NCBI GenBank assembly: GCA_965220805.1 | Contig: OZ244844.1 | Span: 3,617,072 to 3,681,071, forward strand | Reading direction: 5' to 3' | Length of the DNA: 64,000 bases | Source: Alphaproteobacteria bacterium | GTDB lineage: Bacteria > Pseudomonadota > Alphaproteobacteria > SP197 | Shown: piece after piece, positions 46,027-55,126 of the stretch | Layout: every line of letters begins with the position of its first letter | Numbering within the stretch: position 1 is the stretch's first letter | Notes under the pieces: generated by a model | The model's database searches: none | Told to the model about the DNA's origin: nothing | The model's input: the letters and a program-made list of their open reading frames with translations, nothing else | Position numbers and translations under genes: made by a program

Positions 46027-46805
46027 GCTCCCTGGTGCATCCGCGAATCAAGGTAGGCGCGGGTCAGTTCGACAAGACGCTCCCTGCCAAAGCTCGGTTC
46101 GTGGCCCGCATGAACGACCGTCACGGGCATTGTCATCAGCCGCTCCATGGTCCGGCAGTAGGTGGTCACATCGGATTCCGGCAACTGGTCGAGAAGCGGT
46201 CCGTCATAGACCGCATCGCCGGAAAACAGCGTGCCCGTCCGCTCCTCCCACAAGCCGACACTGCCAGGGGAATGACCGGGAAGGTGCAGCACCTCGAAAT
46301 GCCGGTTGCCTATGGAGACCACGTCTCCCTCATCGACGATGCGGGTTGGTCGTGCCGGTTCGACCCGGTAGGCCCTGGCATCGTAGCCGGCGTGGGGCAG
46401 CGCATCGATGAGGCACTCCGGCAGTGCGTAGCCGGCATTCTCCAGGCACTCCACGACCTCCGGTTCCATGTCTTCCCTGAAGAGGGAGAAGCGGTTGTCG
46501 GCATCCTCCATGATGGCGGCCTCCTGGCGTGACACCACGCGATGGGAGAACTCGTGGAGACTGCCGACATGATCGAAGTGCGTGTGTGTGGCAAAGGCAA
46601 TGACGGCATGGCCGAAGAGATCGGCAATCGCCGGCTTGAGTTCGGCAATGCCCATGCCCGTATCGACCAGGAGATCGGCCTCGGACCCGCGGACGTGCCA
46701 GATGTTGCAACGCCCCAACGGGTCGACATGGGGCTCGAAGACCAGCGTGATGTCGTCGTCGATCCGGCGGCGCTCGAACCAGGTGTCGGCAATCCGGAAG
46801 GTCAT
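46023..46805 (-). CDS. MBL-fold metallo-hydrolase
   Basis: 260-aa ORF with the HxHxDH motif (ATHTHFDHVGS) and downstream His/Asp ligands (HLPGHSPG, HAGH). Confidence 0.8.
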   Translation of the reverse strand: MTFRIADTWFERRRIDDDITLVFEPHVDPLGRCNIWHVRGSEADLLVDTGMGIAELKPAIADLFGHAVIAFATHTHFDHVGSLHEFSHRVVSRQEAAIMEDADNRFSLFREDMEPEVVECLENAGYALPECLIDALPHAGYDARAYRVEPARPTRIVDEGDVVSIGNRHFEVLHLPGHSPGSVGLWEERTGTLFSGDAVYDGPLLDQLPESDVTTYCRTMERLMTMPVTVVHAGHEPSFGRERLVELTRAYLDSRMHQGA

Positions 46806-47482
46806 GGCTCAATCCCCGGCAGTTCCGATTCGTCATGATGCCACGCATCACCCTGTCGGCAAGCGATGATCCGGACGCGTATCGGTGTCGGCCGTCCGCC
46901 GGCTGCCGCGTTGTTGACTTGCGGACAATTGGAGATGACGGCGAGAACATCCCGCTCGGCCCTGAGATCAACCCGGTCGCCTGGCGCGGACGGACTGTCG
47001 ACGAAGGTGCGTTCCGCCAGCTGGAACTCGTTGCGGACGGGAACGTGGCAGAAGAAGTTCACGTTGGAAACGATGTCCCGCCAACCCAGGCCATGCGGCG
47101 CCAACGCCTTCAGGAAATTCTCGCGGCATCCGGGCATGCCGGTGACACCGTAGAGCATCGCGTTGGAGGATTCGCTGCAGCAGCCGGCGATGGTGTCATG
47201 AAAGCCGCAGGTGTCGGCAACGATGGTGAAGAGTGGACGCGCCCGATCGGAATAGAGCACATGACCCCGGGTGAGGCGCAGCGTTCCGCTCTTCTTGACG
47301 GTGTTGGGTGCGTGATAGCGCTCCGCCGGATCAGCAGCGTTGTAGCACAGGAAATCGACCCCTTGGCGACCCTCCAGATCGATGATCCGCAGCACCTCGC
47401 CACGACGGACGATGCCGGACCACGGAGCACCCGGCGCCACCAGATCATCACGCACGAAGAAGGTGGCCCTGTCTTCAGACAA
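46802..47482 (-). CDS. DUF1989-like (urea-carboxylase-associated family) protein
   Basis: 226-aa ORF with conserved Cys-containing segments (VDFLCYNA, GFHDTIAGCCSES). I recall these from urea carboxylase-associated proteins. The assignment is moderate. Confidence 0.55.
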   Translation of the reverse strand: MSEDRATFFVRDDLVAPGAPWSGIVRRGEVLRIIDLEGRQGVDFLCYNAADPAERYHAPNTVKKSGTLRLTRGHVLYSDRARPLFTIVADTCGFHDTIAGCCSESSNAMLYGVTGMPGCRENFLKALAPHGLGWRDIVSNVNFFCHVPVRNEFQLAERTFVDSPSAPGDRVDLRAERDVLAVISNCPQVNNAAAGGRPTPIRVRIIACRQGDAWHHDESELPGIEP

Positions 47483-48233
47483 CGGTCATGCCCCCGTCAA
47501 CGGGGAGGACGGCACCGGTGATGTAGGCGCCGTCATCCGAAACGAGAAAGGCCACTGCTGCAGCTATCTCTGCCGGATCTCCCAGACGGTTGAGAGGAAC
47601 GAATCGCTCCAGCCAGGTGCGGCGTTCCTCCGGATCGTCGAGCCACCCTTCGAGCATGGGTGTCGCCACCGGCCCGGGCAGGATGGCATTCACCCTGACG
47701 GAGGGCGCGAGCTCGGCAGCAAACTGCATCGTTAGACCCAGCTGCCCCGACTTGGCAGCGCTGTAGGCGCTGCAGACCGAGACCTTGTCCCCCATGACGG
47801 CATTGACCGACGCGATGTTGACGATGGCTCCGCCGTTATCGGCCATCGTTCGCGCTGCGGCACGCGACGTCCTCATGACGGCGCCCAGATTGATGGCAAG
47901 TGCATCCTCCCAGTCGCCATCGTCAAGGCTGTCGACGGGCGTTGCCGGAAAGGTTCCGGCAGCGTTGACGAGAATGTCGAGCCGGCCTCCCCATGCGATC
48001 GCCGCGGCAACTGCCTCGTCACCACCGGTTCTCGTGGAAAGATCGACAGAGCAGCCCTCGACGGTGCCGCCCTCGGCTCTGATACGGTCAATGACAGCCG
48101 TGAGCCGCTCCAGGCGGCGTCCAACAATGAAGACCCTGGCGCCCTCGCCCGCCAGACGCTGTGCAGTCGCCTCGCCTATCCCCGATCCACCTCCGGTCAC
48201 GAGGGCCACCTTGTCATCCATGCCGCGCGCCAT
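47475..48233 (-). CDS. SDR-family oxidoreductase
   Basis: 252-aa ORF with TGGGSGIGEATA and a YSAAK active-site region. Confidence 0.85.
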   Translation of the reverse strand: MARGMDDKVALVTGGGSGIGEATAQRLAGEGARVFIVGRRLERLTAVIDRIRAEGGTVEGCSVDLSTRTGGDEAVAAAIAWGGRLDILVNAAGTFPATPVDSLDDGDWEDALAINLGAVMRTSRAAARTMADNGGAIVNIASVNAVMGDKVSVCSAYSAAKSGQLGLTMQFAAELAPSVRVNAILPGPVATPMLEGWLDDPEERRTWLERFVPLNRLGDPAEIAAAVAFLVSDDGAYITGAVLPVDGGMTVV

Positions 48234-48364
48234 GGGTTCATTCTCCGGTTGCCGGAAAGGCCATGGTGCGCCCTCAAGGCAGCGCCTGCAACGGTCGATG
48301 GTTGCCGCGCCGCCATTGCCTCGCCTATCGTCACCGCCTGCGACGGCATGGAGAATGAAGGACC

Positions 48365-49123
48365 ATGGGACGGTTCACTGGAACGTCGGCGCTGGTCACC
48401 GGCGCCGCATCCGGGATCGGTTTGCTGACCGTCCACCGCCTCCTCGAGGAAGGCGCCCGGGTGGCGATGAGCGACATCGACGAGGCGGCGCTGGCCGAGG
48501 CCGCCGACCCCCTCGGACAGTCCGTGTGCACCATCTACCACGACGTGACCTGTGAGGACTCGTGGATGGCGGCGATCACCGAAGCCGGGAACGTCAACGG
48601 ACCCATCGCGGTTCTCGTCAACAGTGCAGGAACAGGGCGCTCCTCCAATGTCGAAGAAACCACCCTTGAGGACTGGCGCCGGGTCATGGCCGTCAATGCC
48701 GACGGGACTTTCCTGGGATGCAAACACGCGGTCATCGCCATGAAGCAGTCCGGTGGCGGATCGATCGTCAATCTCTCTTCCGTTTCCGGTCTTGTCGGCG
48801 GTCACAATCTTGCCGCCTACAACGCGAGCAAGGGCGCCGTGCGTCTGCTCACCAAGTCCGTCGCCCTCCACTGCGCCCGCAAGCGCTACAACATCCGCTG
48901 CAACTCGGTGCATCCGGCGTTCATCGAGACGCCGATGGTGGACTCGCTCATCCAGCGCAGCCGCGACCCGGAGAACACTCGCAGGAAGCTTGAGGCACAG
49001 ATCCCTCTCGGCCGCCTGGGCAGGGCGCGCGAAGTTGCCGACATGATCCTCTACCTTGCCGGCAGCGAGAGCCGGTTCGTCACCGGTGCCGAATTCGTTA
49101 TTGACGGCGGTCTGACCGCCTGA
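48365..49123 (+). CDS. SDR-family oxidoreductase
   Basis: 252-aa ORF with TGAASGIGLLTV and YNASK. Confidence 0.85.
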   Translation: MGRFTGTSALVTGAASGIGLLTVHRLLEEGARVAMSDIDEAALAEAADPLGQSVCTIYHDVTCEDSWMAAITEAGNVNGPIAVLVNSAGTGRSSNVEETTLEDWRRVMAVNADGTFLGCKHAVIAMKQSGGGSIVNLSSVSGLVGGHNLAAYNASKGAVRLLTKSVALHCARKRYNIRCNSVHPAFIETPMVDSLIQRSRDPENTRRKLEAQIPLGRLGRAREVADMILYLAGSESRFVTGAEFVIDGGLTA

Positions 49124-49126
49124 GAT

Positions 49127-49879
49127 TCACGTCCGCCAGGCGTTCCCTCGTTCCCGTTCAAGCTGCGTGAGCAGCGACGACCACTCCATGCCCGAGCGTG
49201 CATGGCCCGAGTTGGAGAGTATGCGGCGACCCTGCTCGATGGTCTTCTCCCGGACGTTCTCATCCGGATAGCGAAGCGGCGCGCCACCCGCCATGCCGTC
49301 CACCTGGTACCCGCAGGCGGCTTCCATGCGGTGCATCCACACAAACGCCGCTGCGACACTTTCACCGCAGGTGAGCAACCCGTGGTTGCGCAGGACGAGA
49401 ATCATGTTGTCGCCGAGGTCACGGACAAGGCGTTGCTGTTCGTCAGCGTCGAGAACGACACCCTCGAAGTCGTGGTAGCCCACCCAGCCCATCAGGATGA
49501 GGGCCTTCTGGCTGAGCGGCAGCAGCCCGGCCTCCTGCATGGCCACGGCATTACCGGCGCGTGTGTGGGTGTGGAGAACGCAGTGAACATCGGGTCTGGC
49601 ATCGTGGATGGCACGGTGAATGAGAAAACCGGCGGGATTGATGTTGCCTTCGCCACCGCTGTCGACCCTAACCAGTGAACTTGCCGTGATCTGGTCGAAG
49701 AGCACGCCATAGGGATTGAAGAGCACGTCATCGGTTCCCGGAATGCGCGCGGAGATATGGGTACTCGACAGATCCGACCAGCCGTAGAGATCGACCAGCT
49801 GGTAGCATGCCGCAAGATCGCAGCGAACCTGCCACTCCTCCTCGGACATGGGGCCGGGAACCTCTCCTGGTTGTGCCAT
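49127..49879 (-). CDS. Class II aldolase/adducin-family protein
   Basis: 250-aa ORF with His ligands in HTHTRAGNAVA and ..NHGLLTCGESV.., typical of L-fuculose-phosphate-aldolase-like folds. Confidence 0.75.
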   Translation of the reverse strand: MAQPGEVPGPMSEEEWQVRCDLAACYQLVDLYGWSDLSSTHISARIPGTDDVLFNPYGVLFDQITASSLVRVDSGGEGNINPAGFLIHRAIHDARPDVHCVLHTHTRAGNAVAMQEAGLLPLSQKALILMGWVGYHDFEGVVLDADEQQRLVRDLGDNMILVLRNHGLLTCGESVAAAFVWMHRMEAACGYQVDGMAGGAPLRYPDENVREKTIEQGRRILSNSGHARSGMEWSSLLTQLERERGNAWRT

Positions 49880-50043
49880 GGCTCTTCGATCCGATCAGAC
49901 GAGGCTCAAGTCTACCAGTGGCCCGGCATGCATGTCAGGGGTGTCTCGGATGGTGGCCACGTGACTGTCGGAGCATTTTCCACTTGCTCCCAAAATACGG
50001 CTATGACACTTTCCGTGGTGTCGATTCGCCAGGGGGTGCCACC

Positions 50044-51240
50044 ATGAGTGGGATTTCCTCGACGTCGCGTTACCGTATCGCCCATATCGACAACGCCGGG
50101 GACCACCTGGTCATTCACTGGCGGGACAGACACCGAAGCAGATTTGATGCACTCTGGCTGAGATACGCCTGCGAGTGCGCCTCGTGCGGCACCTATCACA
50201 GCGCCATACGCTCGCTGCGGCTCGTCGACATTCCCGAAGACATCCGCATCGCCAGCACCCGAGTAGGTGAGCACGGAACCCTGGATGTCATCTGGTCAGG
50301 CGATGGTCATGCCAGCAGCTATGCCGGTGAATGGCTGCGCAACCGATGCAACAGTGCCGCCGAACGGGACCGCCGGCGATTCCGGCCGGTGTTGTGGGAC
50401 AACGGCCTCGAGGGTCACGCGCCCGAGGCGGACTATGCGGCATGCATGGAGGACGGCGCTGCGCATCTGGCGATGCTGGAGGCGCTCAGGGACTACGGCT
50501 TCGTCCTGGTGCGGGGTGTGCCGCGCGAACCGGACCACACCGAAGCCATCGCCTCTCTGGCAGGTCCGTTGCGCACCACGAACTATGGCAGGATCTACGA
50601 GTTCACCTACAAGCGGGACGCTCTCGTTCTGGGTGATCTCAATGTCAGGCTCGATCCTCACACGGATGAACCCTATCGCCAGAATCCACCGTCCGTGACC
50701 TGCTTTCACTTTGTCCGGGCTTCGGCGAGTGGCGGGGCATCGACCCTGACCGACGGCTTCAATGTCGGCATGCGTCTCAGGGAGAGAGACGAAGAAGCCT
50801 TCCGCCTGTTGTCGACCCGGCCCATTACTTTTTATCGGCGCCTCGTCGACCCGGACCGCGACTTTCGCATGCGGGCGCCAGCCTTCAGCCTCGACGAGAA
50901 TGGAGAGATTGCCGGCATTCGCCTCCTCGACCGGGCGATCGGTCCGGGCGACCTCCCCGACGGCGAGATCCGCTCCTTCTACCGCGCCATGCGCCTCCTC
51001 CAGCAGATGCTCTTCGATTCGGAATACCGGATCACTCTCCCCTGTGCCTCCGGCGAAGCGCTGTTCTTCAACAATCAGCGGGTGCTCCACGGCAGGACGG
51101 AGTTCGCCGCCGACAGCGACCGCTACATGAGGTCCTGCAACATCGAGGCCGACGAGTTCAACTCGACCCTGCGCCTCCTCGCCAGTTCCCTGGGAAGCGA
51201 TGCAGCCAACATGAACCTCCCCCACGGTGCCCTCTCCTGA
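50044..51240 (+). CDS. Fe(II)/2-oxoglutarate dioxygenase, gamma-butyrobetaine hydroxylase-like (N-terminal DUF971 Zn-ribbon + TauD-fold)
   Basis: The internal ATG gives MSGISSTSRYRIAHID... The N-domain has CECASCGTYH. The catalytic domain has an HTDEPY (H-x-D) facial-triad motif and C-terminal H/R. The ORF-track start at 49807 overlaps the divergent aldolase. Confidence 0.7.
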   Translation: MSGISSTSRYRIAHIDNAGDHLVIHWRDRHRSRFDALWLRYACECASCGTYHSAIRSLRLVDIPEDIRIASTRVGEHGTLDVIWSGDGHASSYAGEWLRNRCNSAAERDRRRFRPVLWDNGLEGHAPEADYAACMEDGAAHLAMLEALRDYGFVLVRGVPREPDHTEAIASLAGPLRTTNYGRIYEFTYKRDALVLGDLNVRLDPHTDEPYRQNPPSVTCFHFVRASASGGASTLTDGFNVGMRLRERDEEAFRLLSTRPITFYRRLVDPDRDFRMRAPAFSLDENGEIAGIRLLDRAIGPGDLPDGEIRSFYRAMRLLQQMLFDSEYRITLPCASGEALFFNNQRVLHGRTEFAADSDRYMRSCNIEADEFNSTLRLLASSLGSDAANMNLPHGALS

Positions 51241-51442
51241 TCACCGGCAGGACGGTCGTCGTACGGCGCGTTCCGCCGGCAGGGAAGCCTCATCCGATGA
51301 CGCAGTTCTTGCGCCACGGCATCCGCCCGGGAACACACAACGCGGGTGAGAGCCACGTGGACCCGCGAGCGTCATGACGGCGATCGTCTGACTGTGCTAT
51401 GCCGGCTTGGGGAGCCTGGGACGAAGCACGGGCAGCATCGTG

Positions 51443-53077
51443 ATGAAGTACGGTCCGGACACGCTACGCGGTGACATATTCGGCGGCGTGACCTCGATGG
51501 TGGTGGCGCTTCCGGTTTCCCTCGGGTTCGGTATCGCTTCGGGGATGGGCGCGGCGGCCGGACTCTACGGAGCGATCGCAGTCGGTTTCTTCGCGTCGGT
51601 CTTCGGCGGCACGCGCTCGCAGATTTCCGGTCCCACCGCACCGATGACCGTCGCCATGGCGGTGGTCCTGACCAGTTACGCAGACAGCCTCGGCGAAGCC
51701 CTGACGGTTGTCGTCATGGCAGGCCTCCTGCAGGTGCTTCTCGGCGTCTCCAGGATTGGCCGCTTCGTGGCCTACACTCCGCATGTCGTCGTCTCCGGGT
51801 TCATGTCCGGCATCGGCCTCATCATCATGCTGATGCAGTCGCTGCCGCTTCTCGGCGCCTCCGGCGTGACGAGCGGCCCGATGAGCGCCGCGCGGGCGCT
51901 TCCGGCGGCGGCAGGCGACGTTCACGTCAGCGCCTTCGCTGTCGGCGCGGTCACATTGGCCGTCGGGTTTCTCTGGCCGCGGCGGCTCTCCCGCTTCGCG
52001 CCAGGCCCGCTCGTAGCCCTCGCCGCCGGAACATTGCTCGGGATCGTGTGGTTCGATGACGCACCCGTGATTGGCGCAATTCCGATCGGCCTTCCGGCCT
52101 TGCAGTTCACCCTGCCGTCGGCCGGGTTCCTGCTGAATGCGCTGCAGCCGACGATCATCCTTGCCCTCCTGGGTTCGGTCGACAGCCTGCTCACCTCCCT
52201 CGTGGCGGATTCAATGACCGGCAACCGCCACAACCCGGACCGGGAACTGATCGGCCAGGGTATCGGCAACATTGCGGCAGGTTTGATCGGCGCGCTGCCC
52301 GGCGCCGGGGCGACCATGGGCACCGTCATCAACATTCGGTCGGGCGGGTCGACACCGGTATCGGGCGCACTGCGCGCCCTGCTTCTGCTCGCTCTTGTGC
52401 TCGGCCTCGGGCGGTTCGTCGAGCCGATTCCCCTCGCCGCCTTGGCAGGAGTCCTGATCAAAGTTGGCTGGGACATCGTTGACTGGCCCATGCTCTCCCG
52501 GCTTCACCGTCTCCGGCGCGAGCATCTGCTCGTGATGCTGATCACGCTTGGCCTGACGGTTTTCGTCGACCTGATCACCGCGGTCGCCATCGGATTGATC
52601 GCCGGCGGGATGGTGCATGCGCGTCGGCTGGAACGACTGGAGCTGGACAGCGTGATATCAGTGCCTCTGCTGGACTCGACATTCTTCGCCGGAGAAGAGA
52701 TGCCGGCGGACACCGACCGCTTCAGCGCCCGGGTCGGCATGGTGGCCCTCGGCGGCACGTTGAGCGTCGCGTCGTCGCACAAGCTGGTGAGCGTGATCGG
52801 CCTCGACATCAGGGACCACGAGGTCGTCATCTTCGATTTTTCGGAAACCGCCTATGTTGACGACAGCGCATCCATGGTGATCAGACAACTTCTCGAGGTC
52901 GCCGCGAGTTCCAGGACCGGGTGCATCGTCATGGGCCTCGGCAACGAGGCAGCCGCCACGCTCAACAGCTTCGATGCCCTGGGCGGACTGCCTGTCGGAC
53001 GAATCGTCGGAACCCTGGACGAGGCGCGCCAAATCGCGCGTCAGGACCTTGAGGAGAAAGCCGGCACGCAGTCCTGA
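51443..53077 (+). CDS. SulP-family anion transporter with C-terminal STAS domain
   Basis: The product has the SulP signature region (..GGTRSQISGPTAPMTV..), about 11 TM helices and a STAS domain. The start is taken at MKYGPDTL (51443). Confidence 0.85.
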   Translation: MKYGPDTLRGDIFGGVTSMVVALPVSLGFGIASGMGAAAGLYGAIAVGFFASVFGGTRSQISGPTAPMTVAMAVVLTSYADSLGEALTVVVMAGLLQVLLGVSRIGRFVAYTPHVVVSGFMSGIGLIIMLMQSLPLLGASGVTSGPMSAARALPAAAGDVHVSAFAVGAVTLAVGFLWPRRLSRFAPGPLVALAAGTLLGIVWFDDAPVIGAIPIGLPALQFTLPSAGFLLNALQPTIILALLGSVDSLLTSLVADSMTGNRHNPDRELIGQGIGNIAAGLIGALPGAGATMGTVINIRSGGSTPVSGALRALLLLALVLGLGRFVEPIPLAALAGVLIKVGWDIVDWPMLSRLHRLRREHLLVMLITLGLTVFVDLITAVAIGLIAGGMVHARRLERLELDSVISVPLLDSTFFAGEEMPADTDRFSARVGMVALGGTLSVASSHKLVSVIGLDIRDHEVVIFDFSETAYVDDSASMVIRQLLEVAASSRTGCIVMGLGNEAAATLNSFDALGGLPVGRIVGTLDEARQIARQDLEEKAGTQS

Positions 53078-53146
53078 AGGCGGCCTCAGCTGCGCCCCGA
53101 GCGCCGATCCGGAGTTGGATCGTAGTGAGTCACTGAGAGGCCGACG

Positions 53147-55126
53147 TTACCGGAGTGAGGCGAGGAGATTGGGAACACTCGCCGGTGCCACGTTTTCTCC
53201 GTTTTCGAGGCACCTGCGGACCTTCTCGACGAGTTTCTGGTGGACGAACTGCCTCAATTGTACAGGCAGATCGTCGGTAGCCGACGAGATGGCATCCTCG
53301 AGATCATCCGGCCACAGAGCGGACCAGGCATCCCGGGCCTCACCGAATCCGTAGAGTGGAGGGTCCTGCCAGCGTCGTTCCGCGCGGATGGCCTGACGCC
53401 GCTCCGCTGTTGCCGCGGCATCTATTGCGCCATCGTCATCGAGCACGACCCCGTAGTGGCGTTCCGCACCGGTTCGATGCACAACGCCGTTGGCCACGTC
53501 AGCGACGACGTCGGCCTCCGGCCGCTCGAGGGGATCGCCGAAGCCGCCCCCGCCCTGGGTGCCAATCCTCAGGACATCGCCGGGTTCCAGTTCGAGAACG
53601 TCGATCTTGCCGAGGTCGCGCTCAAGGGGCGTTCCCGGATTGAGCATGGTGTACCCCGTGGCGCCCATGTGCCCACCCAGCCTGCCGGGCGGGCCAAAGA
53701 CATAGCGCTCCATGCACCGCGACGTGATCGAGGTGTAGTGCGAAGACGTCTCGATTTCGATTTCGATGCCGGTGCCTCCCCTGTAACGGCCCGGGCCGCC
53801 TGAATCTTCCCTCAGTCCGTAGTGGCGGATGAGGATCTCCGGCATCTCGTTCTCGAAGATCTCTGTCGGGATGTTCTTGAGGAAGTTGAGAATCACCATG
53901 GTGCCATCGACACCATCCGCCACCGGTCGCCCTCCGGAACCACCGACGATGGGCTGGATCACCGACACCCTGGTACCGCCGGTCTCCAGGTCGGGGACCG
54001 AAACGAGAAGAATGGACCCCTGCCCCGAATCTGTCGCCGGCAGTTCCATGGGCACCGCCTGGGCCAGGGCTCCCACGGTGACGTCGCACACCTTGTGGCT
54101 GGTGGAATAGCGCGCTCCGCAGGCGGCCCCGGGCTCGGGGTTGAGGATCGTTCCCTTCGGGATCGTCACCCGCAGCGGTCGCACCAAGCCGGCATTGTAG
54201 GCGATGGCCGGCGCCTGGGTGCACATCCAGTTCACCAGGCCGGTGATCAGCATCCAGTGCCCGTCCTGGTTGTAGGTCGGGATGTTGAGGGCCGCCCTCA
54301 CCTGGGGCGCCGTTCCCGTGAAATCGAGCAGCATGCCATCGCCCTCGACTGTCAGGGTGACATGGATGCGCACCAGGCCAAGACCCACCATGTCGGCCTC
54401 GATGTAGTCGGTGTAGCGATAGCTGCCGTCGGGGACATGGGCGATCACCCGCCGCGCCTGGGTCTCGGCATAGTCCAGAGCCTCGTCGATCGTGTGATCG
54501 ATCACGTCGCGGCCGTAGTGGTCAACCAGGTGCTGCACCCTTCGCTCAGCAGTGGCCAGTCCGGCGAGACAGGCCTTCATGTCGCCCCAGTTGCCCTCCG
54601 GGGTGCGGCAGTTGGCAAGAATCATGTCCAGCAGAGGCTGGTTGAGCACACCACCGCGGTAGAGTTTCTGTGGCGGGATTCGCAGGCCTTCCTGGATGAT
54701 CTCGTGACTCGATGGCGCGATCGATCCTGGAACCCGGCCTCCGATGTCCGAGACATGGATGAATGTCCACGCCCAGCACAGCAATTCGTCGTCGACATAG
54801 ATCGGCGCCCACAGGTAGACATCTGAAAGATGGGTCGCCATGCCCTTCGTGGCATCCGGATCATTGGAAATGAAGACATCGCCCTCCCCGACATCGTCAC
54901 CGATCCGCTCCAGGGCTCCGGCCATGGGCATGCCGATCATCATCAGCACGCCGTAGCGGCGCGGCGCGGCGAACACCTCGCCGGACCGCGACACGAGAAC
55001 CGAACCGTAGTCCTGCGTTTCCTTGACGAAGACGGTATGCGCCGTGCGCGAAATCACGCCTGCCATCTCGTCGACAATGGCCTGAAAGCGGTTGAGAAGA
55101 ATCTCGAGGCGAACAGGATCGTCCAT
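53147..55126 (-). CDS. hyuB: Hydantoinase B / oxoprolinase-family protein
   Basis: 659-aa ORF matching the HyuB family by length and conserved blocks (..ISNDPDATKGMATHLSDV.., ..GGTGIEIE..). It pairs with a HyuA-like gene. Confidence 0.85.
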   Translation of the reverse strand: MDDPVRLEILLNRFQAIVDEMAGVISRTAHTVFVKETQDYGSVLVSRSGEVFAAPRRYGVLMMIGMPMAGALERIGDDVGEGDVFISNDPDATKGMATHLSDVYLWAPIYVDDELLCWAWTFIHVSDIGGRVPGSIAPSSHEIIQEGLRIPPQKLYRGGVLNQPLLDMILANCRTPEGNWGDMKACLAGLATAERRVQHLVDHYGRDVIDHTIDEALDYAETQARRVIAHVPDGSYRYTDYIEADMVGLGLVRIHVTLTVEGDGMLLDFTGTAPQVRAALNIPTYNQDGHWMLITGLVNWMCTQAPAIAYNAGLVRPLRVTIPKGTILNPEPGAACGARYSTSHKVCDVTVGALAQAVPMELPATDSGQGSILLVSVPDLETGGTRVSVIQPIVGGSGGRPVADGVDGTMVILNFLKNIPTEIFENEMPEILIRHYGLREDSGGPGRYRGGTGIEIEIETSSHYTSITSRCMERYVFGPPGRLGGHMGATGYTMLNPGTPLERDLGKIDVLELEPGDVLRIGTQGGGGFGDPLERPEADVVADVANGVVHRTGAERHYGVVLDDDGAIDAAATAERRQAIRAERRWQDPPLYGFGEARDAWSALWPDDLEDAISSATDDLPVQLRQFVHQKLVEKVRRCLENGENVAPASVPNLLASLR

